From: an uncultured delta proteobacterium
GTDB taxonomy: Bacteria > Myxococcota_A > Polyangia > Haliangiales > Haliangiaceae
DNA: 64,000 bases
Direction: 5' to 3'
Assembly: GCA_963848295.1 (NCBI GenBank)
Contig: CAWKDB010000002.1
Location: 608,001-672,000 of the forward strand
The notes beneath the pieces are model-generated. The model made no database searches. It was not told the DNA's origin and worked only from the letters and a program-made list of their open reading frames with translations. The position numbers and the translations under genes are program-made. Shown here piece after piece: positions 9,901 through 22,021 of this stretch (position 1 is the first letter of the stretch; every line of letters starts with the position of its first letter).

Positions 9901-11304
9901 GACGCCTCCGGACCACAGCCCGGAACGGAGCCATCGTCTTGTTCGCGTTGGTGTGCGCGCTGCCGCAGCGTGCGTCCGCGTGGGAGGCCGAGACGACCCA
10001 AGCAGGCCTCGCCGAGCAAGCCGCGCTCGGTTCGAAGCTGCATCGCCGGATCGTCGCACTCGGCTTTGGCGGCGGGTTGTTCGAGCAGCTGACGATTCCG
10101 CCCGCCGACGCGCACGCGCTCGTCGACGATCTGCACTTGTTGTCGCCGTCTCAGGGCATCGTGCCAGATGCGCGCGGCCGTCAGACCGCGCTGTCGTGGA
10201 TCGCCGCCGGTGCCGCGCTCGCCGACGTCCGTACGGCCTATGGCGCGAATCACTTCTTCGATCCCGCGACCGGTCAAGGCTGGGAGCGCCCCGACCGGGG
10301 CTTCATCGCGTCGATCGTCGCGGCGTTTCGCGCGCCGTTGCCGGCGCATGGCGTACCCGCACCCGATTGGGTCGTGTCGAACAGCAACCCGATGGGCCTC
10401 GGCGCGTTCCTCGATCACTACGCCAAGGCGGCCTCCGCGCCACTTCCCGGTGAACGTTCGCGCCATCTCGCCGCCGCCTTGCTCGCCGCCGGCGCGATGA
10501 TGCACGTGCTCGGCGATCTCGGCTCGCCCTCGCGCGTGCGCAGCGACGAAGCGGCACATCTCGATCCGCTCGGCGGCGGTCCTCAGGATCTCGGCTCGCG
10601 GTTCGAGCGCATCGCGGCGCTCGCCTACGGCCGGCTCGGGATTCCGGCGCCGACGCGCCCGGTCACGCGCATGCACCTGCGCGACTACTACACGGCGAAG
10701 GACGGCTCGGGTCTGGCCGACGTGATCTCGCGCAGCTACTTCTCGCCGCACACCCTGCCGAGCGATGCGCGCGTCGGCGGCGACGAGGTACCACGGCTCG
10801 CGCGCCCGCTACCGGCGTTGCCCAGGCGCCTCAACTTGATGGCGGCGAGCCGCGACGACGGCGCGAAGCTCCTCAACGCTGCCGGCGTCTGCCTCGCGCG
10901 CTACAAGGTCGCGCACAGCCGGGTCACGTTCTCGCTCGACGACGAGTGCATGCTCGAAGCAGGTCACCGCGATCCTGCCCGAGGTCGTGAGCTACGAGGC
11001 CGGGCTGCTCGACTTCTTGCTGCGTGGCGAGCTCACGGTCGCGAACAACGGCGGTGCGCTGACCGTCACCGGCAGAGACCTCGGCCCGGGCTCGATCCAG
11101 CTCTACCTCGAGGACGAACGCGGGGTGCGCTCGCCGCTCGGTGCGGCGATCCCGGTCACCACGACGGTGGCGCCGCCGGCCGGCACGCCGCTCGCTCGCC
11201 TGCCGCTGCCGTCGACCGGGAATCGCGTCGTCGCGGTGTTTCGCGGCACCGATCCGAACGGCGAGGCGCTCGTCGCGATCGGTTCCATGCCGCTGGTGCG
11301 CTGA
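9897..11304 (+). CDS. Secreted hypothetical protein (possible phospholipase C/P1-like Zn site); frameshift near 10960
   Basis: Signal peptide then mature WEAE; NHFFDP and H..GDL...R motifs; continues in ORF 10987-11304. Confidence 0.5.
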
Positions 11305-11309
11305 CCGCG

Positions 11310-12266
11310 ATGGCCAAGCGCCGAGATCGAGACTTCGGCGATCCGATCGATCGCTTGTTCGCCTCGCTCGACGCGGCGCCGCCCGGGTTGCACGACATCG
11401 CGCCGCCGAACCCCGAGCTGCCGGCCGGGTTGCCCGAGACGCTGATCGAGCTCTATGCGCGCTGCGACGGCGCGCGGATCTACGGCGACAGCATCGAGAT
11501 CGCCGCGGCCGCGGACGTGGTCTACGAGGACGGCCGGTGGAGGTTCGCGACCTACGAGGGCGAGGCGATCGCGCTCGACGTGCGCGGCCGCGTGTGGCGC
11601 ACCGATGACTCGATCGACGATGCGGTGTGCGAGGCGACGCGGCTCGATCGCTGGCTGGTCGGAGCGGTCGACTCGCAGGCGATGATGTTCGATCACGACG
11701 GCGAGTTCGCCGAGGACGTGTTCGACGAAGACGGCGAGTTGTTGCTCGCGATGCGCGAGAAGCGGCTGCGCGCCCAGCTCAAGCGCGACCAGGGGGCGCC
11801 CGGGCCGCGCTGGCGACTCGCTCACGTGCTCGTCGAGCAGGGTGCCGCCGAGAACGCGCGCGACATGCTCGAGCAGGTCGTCGCCGACGATCCTGCGATG
11901 GCGTGGGCGTGGCTCGATCTCGCGCGGATCTCCGAGAAGATCGGCGAGATGTCCGCCGCGATCGACGAAGCGCGGATGGCCGCCGATGCCGCCGAGGGCC
12001 TCGGCCACCCGCAGGCCGGCTACTTCTGGGCCCAGCTCGCTCGGCTGGCGGTGCGCGGACGCGACGAGCTCGTGCGCGCCGAGGCCGCGACGAAGGTCTC
12101 GTTGCTCGCGCCGAGCCTCAAGCAAGCGCAGCTCGGCGGTGCACGCGAATCGCTGGCCGCCGGCGATCGCGCCTCCGCCGAGGGCCTGATCGCGCTGCTC
12201 CGCGCGGTGTGGCCGCGCGATCTCGAGGTGCTCGAGCTCGCGCACCAGCTCGACTCGAGCTCGTGA
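11310..12266 (+). CDS. Hypothetical protein: SMI1/KNR4-like N-terminus + TPR-like C-terminus
   Basis: LPETLIELYARCDGA motif; helical repeats (A.AW.DLA). Confidence 0.5.
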   Translation: MAKRRDRDFGDPIDRLFASLDAAPPGLHDIAPPNPELPAGLPETLIELYARCDGARIYGDSIEIAAAADVVYEDGRWRFATYEGEAIALDVRGRVWRTDDSIDDAVCEATRLDRWLVGAVDSQAMMFDHDGEFAEDVFDEDGELLLAMREKRLRAQLKRDQGAPGPRWRLAHVLVEQGAAENARDMLEQVVADDPAMAWAWLDLARISEKIGEMSAAIDEARMAADAAEGLGHPQAGYFWAQLARLAVRGRDELVRAEAATKVSLLAPSLKQAQLGGARESLAAGDRASAEGLIALLRAVWPRDLEVLELAHQLDSSS

Positions 12267-12292
12267 AGACGCGGCTCGAGAAGCTCGGCGCG

Positions 12293-14503
12293 CTAACGAA
12301 ACACGGCTTGGTCAGCAGGAATCCCGCGCGCTGCGAGATCGCCGTAGAACCGAGGCACCGTGCCGGTCGCGGCGAATCCGCCGTCCTTGAGCTGGAACAC
12401 GACCTGGGTCTCGAACCCGACGTCGGTCGTGCCGACCACCTCTTCGACCGAGTGCACCTTGATCGTGCCGTCGGAGTGCCGCGCCACGTGCACGATGATC
12501 TCGAACGCCGACGCGACGAGCTCGCGCGTGGCCGCGACGTCGCCGGTCGCGGGTTGCGTGATCCGGACCAAGTTCACGAGCCGGTTGAGCGCCGAGCTCG
12601 CGCCCTCGCCGACGACGCCGACGACCGCGCCGTCGACCGCCGAGGTCAACGCGGTCACCACGGTCATCGCCTCGGCGCCGCGGACATCGCCGATCACGAT
12701 GCGATCCGGGAGCAGCCGCAGCGCGGTGTCGATCAAGTGAGCCATCTCGATCGCGGGCGAACGCGGCGTCGCCGGCCGCGCTTCGAGCTGCACCCATTCG
12801 TCGCGTGCGATCGCGAGCTCGGAGATCTCTTCGACCGAGACCACGCGCTCGCCCGCGGGCGATGCCGCCGCGAGCGCCGCGATCAGCGGGGTCTTGCCCG
12901 AGCCCGGGCCGCCACACACGAGCACGTTGCGGCGCGCGGCGACGCAGGTCGCCATGAAGTCGGCCATGCCGCTCGACAGCGCGTGCTGCGCGACGAGATC
13001 GGCGAGCGTCGGCATCTGCGTCGGCGGCTTCTTCAGCACGAGGCAGGCGCCGCGAGTTGCGACCGGTGCGAGCGCCGCGGTCAGCCGCGTGCCGTCGCGC
13101 ATCCGCAGATCCACGATCGGACGCGTGTCGTCGAGCACCGCGCCGGCCTCGGCGACGAGCCGCTTGACGACGCGCTCGAACGTCTCGTCACTCGAGAACG
13201 CCTTGCCCGATCCGCGCAGCTGGCCGTCCTTGCCAACGACGACGCGGTCCCGGCGATCGATGATGATCTCGTCGACCTTTTCGTCGGCGAACAGATCCTC
13301 GAGCGGTCCGAGGGCGAGCGCCTCGTTGAGGGTCTCTTTGATCAGCGTGTCCTGATCGATGTACTTCGGGAGCTCGCCCGAGCCTTCGAGGGTCTCGACG
13401 AGGTCGATCGTCGCGCGCTCGGCGCGTTGCCAGAGATCTTCTTCATGCAGGCGATCGGCCGGCACCTTGTCGAGGTCGAGCTTCGTGCGCAGTCGCTCGA
13501 GAATCGTCGACTGCAGATCGAGCATCTTGACGATCTTCGGGTCGAGCGGCTCGAGCTGCACGCCGCGCTTGCTCTTCGTCGGCAACGACCGACCGACGAC
13601 CTTGCGCGCGCCGGCCCCGACGAGCCGACCGCGAGCAGGTTGCTGGCCCGGTCCGGTCGGTAAAGGCACCACCGGCGCGGGTGCCGGCTGCGGCGCTGGA
13701 GCCATCTGCGGCGGCGGCGGTGCCGGCGCCGGCGTGGGAGCCGGCGGCAACGGCGCCGAAAATGGCGCGGGTTGCGGCGCCGAGAACGGCGCCGGCTGCG
13801 CAGCGAACTGCGGCTCGGCCATCGTCGGCTGGGGCGGCGGTGCGATCGGCGCCGGGATCGGCGGCACGAGCGGCGGCGGCATCGTGCCACCAGGCCGGCC
13901 ACCGAGTGGGCGACCCTGCGATGGAGCCGCGATCGGCGGAGGATTCGGCACCGGCGCGGGACGCGGCGGCCCGGGGCGCAGCGTCTGCCCTTGCCCGGGC
14001 CCCGGGCCCGGATTGAACGCCGGCGGCGGTGGCGCCATCGGCGGCGGTGCATCGGCGTGAAGCCGATCGTTGCCCATCGGATTGCCCATCGGCATCGGCA
14101 TCGGCATCGGTGCCGCTTCGGTCGGACGCGGAGGACGCCCGTCGAGATGCTGCGGCGCATTGTTCGGTCCGGGAGGCGAAGTCGTCGTCTCCGATGGTCC
14201 GTCGCCCTCGGCTCCCGCCTCGTCGACGCCGACGATGAAGTCACCGATGTAGATCTTGTCGGAGTCTTTGACCACGAGCGGACTCGTGATCTTGCGACCG
14301 TTGACGTACGTGCCGTTCGTGCTCTTGAGATCGACGATGATGAACTTGCCGTCTTTGAGCACGATGCGCGCGTGGCGCTTCGACACGTTGCCCTTCGGCA
14401 GCACGATATCGTTGCCTTGCACGCGGCCGATGGTGACCTCAGGCTTGTTGAACACCATGCGGCGCTGCTCGCCGCCTTTTTCCTGAATGAGTATGGTGAA
14501 CAT
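12293..14503 (-). CDS. FHA domain + Pro-rich linker + CpaF/TadA-like (VirB11-family) ATPase domain
   Basis: IGR..VSKRHA..STNGT FHA; LGPLE.L..D..V.EI, D.R..DG.R, Walker A GGPGSGKT, ALRL.PDRIVIGDVRG. Confidence 0.88.
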   Translation of the reverse strand: MFTILIQEKGGEQRRMVFNKPEVTIGRVQGNDIVLPKGNVSKRHARIVLKDGKFIIVDLKSTNGTYVNGRKITSPLVVKDSDKIYIGDFIVGVDEAGAEGDGPSETTTSPPGPNNAPQHLDGRPPRPTEAAPMPMPMPMGNPMGNDRLHADAPPPMAPPPPAFNPGPGPGQGQTLRPGPPRPAPVPNPPPIAAPSQGRPLGGRPGGTMPPPLVPPIPAPIAPPPQPTMAEPQFAAQPAPFSAPQPAPFSAPLPPAPTPAPAPPPPQMAPAPQPAPAPVVPLPTGPGQQPARGRLVGAGARKVVGRSLPTKSKRGVQLEPLDPKIVKMLDLQSTILERLRTKLDLDKVPADRLHEEDLWQRAERATIDLVETLEGSGELPKYIDQDTLIKETLNEALALGPLEDLFADEKVDEIIIDRRDRVVVGKDGQLRGSGKAFSSDETFERVVKRLVAEAGAVLDDTRPIVDLRMRDGTRLTAALAPVATRGACLVLKKPPTQMPTLADLVAQHALSSGMADFMATCVAARRNVLVCGGPGSGKTPLIAALAAASPAGERVVSVEEISELAIARDEWVQLEARPATPRSPAIEMAHLIDTALRLLPDRIVIGDVRGAEAMTVVTALTSAVDGAVVGVVGEGASSALNRLVNLVRITQPATGDVAATRELVASAFEIIVHVARHSDGTIKVHSVEEVVGTTDVGFETQVVFQLKDGGFAATGTVPRFYGDLAARGIPADQAVFR

Positions 14504-14580
14504 GCGCTCCTGAGGGCCGCTTGACGGTTCCCCCCTAGGAACCGTACTAAGCTCCGGCAATCACGGTCAAGTTCGCGGGG

Positions 14581-14757
14581 CTATGTCTGACCAGAAGGTG
14601 CGGTGACTGGGTCCGTCGGCGATCCGCCAGATCCGCTGCCCGGACCGAGGTGCAGCGCGTCCCGCACATCGTCCCACCACATCGCCCACACCCCGACAAC
14701 CAGGAGCGCGGCAATCGCGAACCCGATCGCAAGGTCGTGCCAGCGCGGCCGTGTCAT
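14581..14757 (-). CDS. Small single-TM protein
   Basis: MTRPRWHDLAIGFAIAALLVVGVWAMWW hydrophobic segment. Confidence 0.45.
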   Translation of the reverse strand: MTRPRWHDLAIGFAIAALLVVGVWAMWWDDVRDALHLGPGSGSGGSPTDPVTAPSGQT

Positions 14758-14792
14758 CTGAATCAAAACTACCACGCAGCGTCGATTGAGGC

Positions 14793-15380
14793 ATGATGCG
14801 CACCATGAAGCGCCTCGCGTTATGCGCGCTCGGGCTATGCGTGCTGTCCGCGACTGCCCTCGCCGCTCCCAAGTCGAAGAAGTACCACTTCGAGCTCGCC
14901 GCGCTGACCCCGAAGCCCGAGGTCAAACCCGACATCGCCAAGATCGCGCAGCCTCGGGTCCAGGCCCAGATCACGAAGGCGTTCGAGTCGAATCCGCAGC
15001 TCGTCGCCGCGCTCGACGGGGCGCCCGATGCCAAGAACGCCGACGCGTACCGCAGGTTCCTCGCGCACAAGGGCCTGTCCGGGTCCTACCTCGTCACGGT
15101 CGAGATCACCGAAGCGTCCGAGACGGTCGAGCCGATCACCGACAAGCCGAACACGCAGCGGCTCGACGTCCACGTCGCGATCCACATGCTCGGCGAGACG
15201 ATTCCCGGCCGGACGATGGGCTTCACCGGCGACGGTCAGGCGACGGTCAAGCAAGAGGTCGGGATGAAGATCCGCGACAAGGACCGCGATTATGCGTGGG
15301 ACTCCGCCGCCGAAGTTGCGGTCGGAGACGCGTTGAAGACGTGCTTCGTCCAGCTCGATAAGCCGGCGAAGAAGCAGTAA
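14793..15380 (+). CDS. Secreted hypothetical protein
   Basis: Signal peptide, coding-like codon usage. Confidence 0.7.
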   Translation: MMRTMKRLALCALGLCVLSATALAAPKSKKYHFELAALTPKPEVKPDIAKIAQPRVQAQITKAFESNPQLVAALDGAPDAKNADAYRRFLAHKGLSGSYLVTVEITEASETVEPITDKPNTQRLDVHVAIHMLGETIPGRTMGFTGDGQATVKQEVGMKIRDKDRDYAWDSAAEVAVGDALKTCFVQLDKPAKKQ

Positions 15381-15383
15381 GAG

Positions 15384-15559
15384 AATTGATCAATTGATCA
15401 ATTGATCAACAGGCAGCAGGCAACAGGCAATGCCGGCAGATTTGCACGCTGGAGTTGTCCCGCTTGCGCGCTCTGATCTGAACTTCCGTAAAACGCCCGC
15501 CGCGCAGCGGCGCACCTGCATTGCCTGTTGCCTGTCGCCTGTTGATCCATTGATCAATT
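15384..15559. repeat. Inverted-repeat element built from AATTGATC and CAGGCAA tandem units
   Basis: Arms 15392-15433 and 15518-15559 are reverse complements at 39/42 positions; 84-nt spacer. Confidence 0.85.
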
Positions 15560-15581
15560 TCCCCGAGCAACCCACACGATC

Positions 15582-18488
<2,907 letters not shown>

Positions 18489-18508
18489 CGCGGCGGGTCG
18501 CCAGGTTG

Positions 18509-18694
18509 TTAGCGTGACCCGAGCCGCAGGTCCACCTGCCCCGGGAGCTGATCGCGGTACTTCTCGAGCACGAGATCGATGCCTTGGCGGATGTACTCGG
18601 CGACCGGGACTTTCGTCCGTTCATGCAATGCCTTGAGCTGCGCGTCCTGCTCCGGCGTGATGTACACCGTCGTCGAGATCTTCTTGCGCGCCAC
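18509..18694 (-). CDS. Ribbon-helix-helix DNA-binding protein
   Basis: [15 protein letters not shown]...[14 protein letters not shown]. Confidence 0.8.
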   Translation of the reverse strand: MARKKISTTVYITPEQDAQLKALHERTKVPVAEYIRQGIDLVLEKYRDQLPGQVDLRLGSR

Positions 18695-18772
18695 GGCAGC
18701 CGTGACCCTACGTGACCATATGCGGGGGGTCAACAGCTTGCACGACCGGAGCGAGCCGTCTACGCTGCCTGG

Positions 18773-19508
18773 GTGCTAGCGAAGCTCTCGAAATTCGTCG
18801 TGTTGACAGCGGGGTTGGCAGCCTGTGGTGGCTCGAAGGCGGCGCCGAAGAACGCCTCGCTCGAGACCAGCATCCCGGCGGTCGATCCGACGCTGTGCGA
18901 CACGACCGGCAAGAACGTCGTGACGTTCGACCTCAACCACGACAACAAGCCGGACGAGTGGATCCTCTACAAGACCGAGGACGAGGGCGGCACCAAGGTC
19001 GAGTTCATGACCTGCAAGCAGATCGACTTCGATCACGACGGCCGCAAGGACTACGTCGTCGCGTACAACCGCAAGGGCAACCCGATCTACGAAAAGGACG
19101 ACTTCGACTTCGACGGCAAATGGGACGACTCGAAGGTGTTCGACCCGAAGACCGGTCAGGTCGCGGAGGTCGAGCGCGACGAGCGGGTTCGACGGCAACT
19201 TCGACATCAAAGACACCTACGACAGCACCGGTCAGCTCGTGGCCTCGGCCCGCGATCGCAACCACGATGGCAAGGCCGATATGTGGGAGCAGTACAAAGA
19301 CGGTGTGCTGATCGCGATCCTCTACGATGACGACTTCGACGGCAAAGTCGACCGGCGCGAAGAGATTCCCGGGGCGCATCCGAAGGTCGAGATGCCGACC
19401 TCGATGGACCCGACCGCGACCTCGAATATCAACGAGGCCGGCGCGGGTTCGGGCAGTGCCGCACCGGCGACGCCGGCTAAGAAGCCAGCGCCCGCACCGA
19501 AGAAGTGA
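18773..19508 (+). CDS. Lipoprotein with repeated DxDxDG (Ca-binding-like) motifs; frameshift near 19180
   Basis: LAAC lipobox; DLNHDNKPD, DFDHDGRKD, DFDFDGKWD, DRNHDGKAD, DDDFDGKVD. Confidence 0.75.
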
Positions 19509-19909
19509 CGGAGCGCGACAAGTCGGGCGAACGCCCGACGCGTAGCGCCGCCGATGGCGGGCCGGAGGTGATCGCCAAGCCCTGGGGCCACGAGCTGATC
19601 TGGGCGCAGACCGACCGCTACGTCGGAAAGATCCTGCATGTCCGCGCCGGCGAGGCGCTGTCGCTGCAGTTTCATCGCGAGAAGGACGAGACGATCATGG
19701 TGCTCACCGGCAAGTTGCGGTTCGAGCACTTCGTCGATGGCCAGCCGCCGCACGTCCACGAGCTCGGTCCGCGCGAGCCGTTTCATATCCCACCGGGGAC
19801 ACGGCACCGGATGACCGCGATCGAGGACACCGAGATCGTCGAGGTGTCGACGCCCGAGCTCGACGACGTCATCCGCCTCGAAGATCGCTACGGCCGCGCG
19901 CCGCGCTAG
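19505..19909 (+). CDS. Cupin (mannose-6-phosphate-isomerase-like) protein
   Basis: KPWGHE, LSLQFH..KDET, HRM.A..D...EVSTPELDD. Confidence 0.88.
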   Translation: MTERDKSGERPTRSAADGGPEVIAKPWGHELIWAQTDRYVGKILHVRAGEALSLQFHREKDETIMVLTGKLRFEHFVDGQPPHVHELGPREPFHIPPGTRHRMTAIEDTEIVEVSTPELDDVIRLEDRYGRAPR

Positions 19910-20658
19910 GTGCCGCAGCACCTCTTGTACTTCTTGCCCGAGCCGCACGTGCACGGATCGTTGCGCCCGATGCTCGGGGCGAGCAGGCGATGCACCGCCG
20001 CGCACAACATCTCGATCGGCTTGCCGGGGCGGAGCGCATGATGCAGGACGCCGCGCAACGACTCCTGCCGCTCGTACGTGTCCTCGGTTTCGGCGTGCTG
20101 GTAGTACTTGACGTCGCCGCCGTCGGCGCCGCAGTGCGCGTTCGTGAACAGCGCGTGCGCCTTGCGGCATAGCCCGGGCCGCACCGGGTAGATCGTGCAC
20201 GCGCCTTCGTGGTTGAACGCGCACATCGCGCGGCGCTGCTTCGCTTCGATCGCCCACGCGCGCTGCGCCGCCTCGGTCTTCGCCGCACCGGCGCTCGCGA
20301 CGAGCGGACCGAGCGTTTGTCGCCACGCCGGATAAGCGGCTTCGTAGCGCGAGCGCACCGCGGCGTTCGCCGGATCGCGTAGCCATTCCGCGACCGCGAC
20401 CGCCTCGCCTTCGGTGACGATCAGCGGCGACACGCAGCACGAGCTGCAGCCGCGCGAGCACGCGATCGGCAGGTGCTCGCTCACGGCGGCCGCTTCGCGC
20501 CGCTCGATCGCGGCGTCGAGCTCGGCGTGGGTCATCGCGATCAGGCCCGCGGCGTCGCGCGGCTGGACGACCGGGAGGCGCACGCGGCCGTGCTCGTCGG
20601 GATGCGCGGTCGCTTCGGCGAGGCTCGCCGCCACCTCGCGCAAGCGCTCGGTTGCCAT
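19906..20658 (-). CDS. YkgJ/CxxCxxCC cysteine-cluster protein with C-terminal SEC-C motif
   Basis: [12 protein letters not shown]...[26 protein letters not shown]. Confidence 0.88.
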   Translation of the reverse strand: MATERLREVAASLAEATAHPDEHGRVRLPVVQPRDAAGLIAMTHAELDAAIERREAAAVSEHLPIACSRGCSSCCVSPLIVTEGEAVAVAEWLRDPANAAVRSRYEAAYPAWRQTLGPLVASAGAAKTEAAQRAWAIEAKQRRAMCAFNHEGACTIYPVRPGLCRKAHALFTNAHCGADGGDVKYYQHAETEDTYERQESLRGVLHHALRPGKPIEMLCAAVHRLLAPSIGRNDPCTCGSGKKYKRCCGT

Positions 20659-20667
20659 CCCGCGAGC

Positions 20668-21162
20668 TTACTCTGGCGTCGCCCGCTCGCGAAACGCCGA
20701 CAGCAAGTCGCCCCACCACATCCCGATCCCCCGAATGAACACGGCGACCGGCTTGCCGTGCCGGACCGGGTGATCGGGCCGCAGTGCCGCGAACCCGCGA
20801 TGCACGAGCACGACCTGCGTCGCGCCGCTGGCGGTGGGCGTGAACGACACTTCGACGTGCGTCGACTCGCCGGGCGCGAAGTTGCTGCCGCGCCACTCGA
20901 ACGCGAACCGCGACGGCGGTTGCCACGCGGTCACCCTGCCCGCCTCGTGGACCGCAGGTCCATGCGGGCCGGCGTACTCCTCGAACAACCGGCCGCCGAG
21001 CTCGGGCTCGAGCACGAGCACACCTTGCGCTTTGCCCGATGCGCGAAACGCGATGCCGCGCCGCCACCACAGATCGATCTCGGCGGTGAACACTTCGAAC
21101 GCGACCTCGGGCGCGACCTCGACTCGAACCGTCACCGACACCTGGTCGCCGGCGATCGTCAT
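20668..21162 (-). CDS. SRPBCC/AHSA1-like protein
   Basis: AFEVFT..IDLWW, G.V..W.PP.R..F.W, T.V...H.G. Confidence 0.85.
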   Translation of the reverse strand: MTIAGDQVSVTVRVEVAPEVAFEVFTAEIDLWWRRGIAFRASGKAQGVLVLEPELGGRLFEEYAGPHGPAVHEAGRVTAWQPPSRFAFEWRGSNFAPGESTHVEVSFTPTASGATQVVLVHRGFAALRPDHPVRHGKPVAVFIRGIGMWWGDLLSAFRERATPE

Positions 21163-21476
21163 CGTCTTCGTTCGACGTGCGTCTTGAACGCGGCGAGCTG
21201 CACCGTCCAGAACGCCTCGACGTGCTCGAGCCAGTCATGCAGCTGCGTGAACGGCTGTTGGCGCAGGCGATAGATCCGCTCGCGCGCGTCGCCGTCGTTA
21301 CCGGCTTGGACCAGCCCGGCCGAGCGCAGCACGCGCAAGTGTCGGCTCATCGCGGGCGGGCTCGCGGCCAGCGCCTCGGCGAGATCGCCGGCGCGCATCG
21401 GCGCCTTGCGCAGCAGATCGACGACGCCGCGACGCGTCGGATCGGCGAGCGCGGTGAATGTCTGGTCGAGCGTCAC
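21159..21476 (-). CDS. ArsR/SmtB-family transcriptional regulator
   Basis: F.ALADPTRR, S.PAMSRHLRVLR.AGLV, R.Y.L. Confidence 0.9.
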   Translation of the reverse strand: MTLDQTFTALADPTRRGVVDLLRKAPMRAGDLAEALAASPPAMSRHLRVLRSAGLVQAGNDGDARERIYRLRQQPFTQLHDWLEHVEAFWTVQLAAFKTHVERRR

Positions 21477-21967
21477 TCGACGCCCGGGACCTGCGCCCGG
21501 GCGGCAGCATCGCCGGATGGCGATGCGGTTCGATCGAGGCGTTGCATGAACCACCAGTGGTGGCCTTCGGGATCGATCGCCTCGTAGCTGCGATCGACCC
21601 AATAGCCTTCGCCGTAGTCGGTCGTCTTCGGCTCCTGCGCGATCGTCGCGCCGCCTTTGCGCGCGTGCTCGCAATGCGCGTCGACGTCGTCGACGTAAAA
21701 ACACAACGTCTGGGTGTTCGCGCCGCCGAGCATCTTCGGGCTCTGCCGCCACTCGCGGCCCTTCGCGACATCGCCGAGCGTCACGAGTCCGCCGCCGAAC
21801 ACGAGCTCGGAGTGCTCGATCCGCCCGCCCTCGCCGTCGACCTTGAGCTGGATCTCGAACCCGAACGCCTTGCACAGGAAGTCGATCGCCGGCGCGGCCT
21901 TTTCGTAGGCGATGCTGGCGGACATGCGGGGCCAGCCCTTCGGCGGCGGTTTGGATGTGAACGTCAT
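21473..21967 (-). CDS. VOC/glyoxalase-family protein
   Basis: AIDFL.KAFGF, YVDDVDAH, DPEGHHW. Confidence 0.88.
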   Translation of the reverse strand: MTFTSKPPPKGWPRMSASIAYEKAAPAIDFLCKAFGFEIQLKVDGEGGRIEHSELVFGGGLVTLGDVAKGREWRQSPKMLGGANTQTLCFYVDDVDAHCEHARKGGATIAQEPKTTDYGEGYWVDRSYEAIDPEGHHWWFMQRLDRTASPSGDAAARAQVPGVE

Positions 21968-21973
21968 GCCCAC

Positions 21974-21995
21974 TAGTTAACCGTTAAGTTAATTA
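21974..21995. promoter_or_regulatory. AT-rich palindrome, probable ArsR operator
   Basis: TAGTTAAC-CGTTAA-GTTAATTA immediately upstream of the VOC-ArsR-SRPBCC operon. Confidence 0.6.
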
Positions 21996-22021
21996 ACGTC
22001 AAGGTGAAACATCGCCGATCG

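Noticed and set aside
9621..12266. Single 881-aa protein
   Set aside because: It is an artefactual join of two genes through a frameshift near 10960. The true first gene ends at 11304 and the next starts at 11310.
14070..14112. ATCGGC hexamer repeat similar to the arrays at 2-4 kb
   Set aside because: It encodes the PMPMPM linker inside the FHA-CpaF gene.
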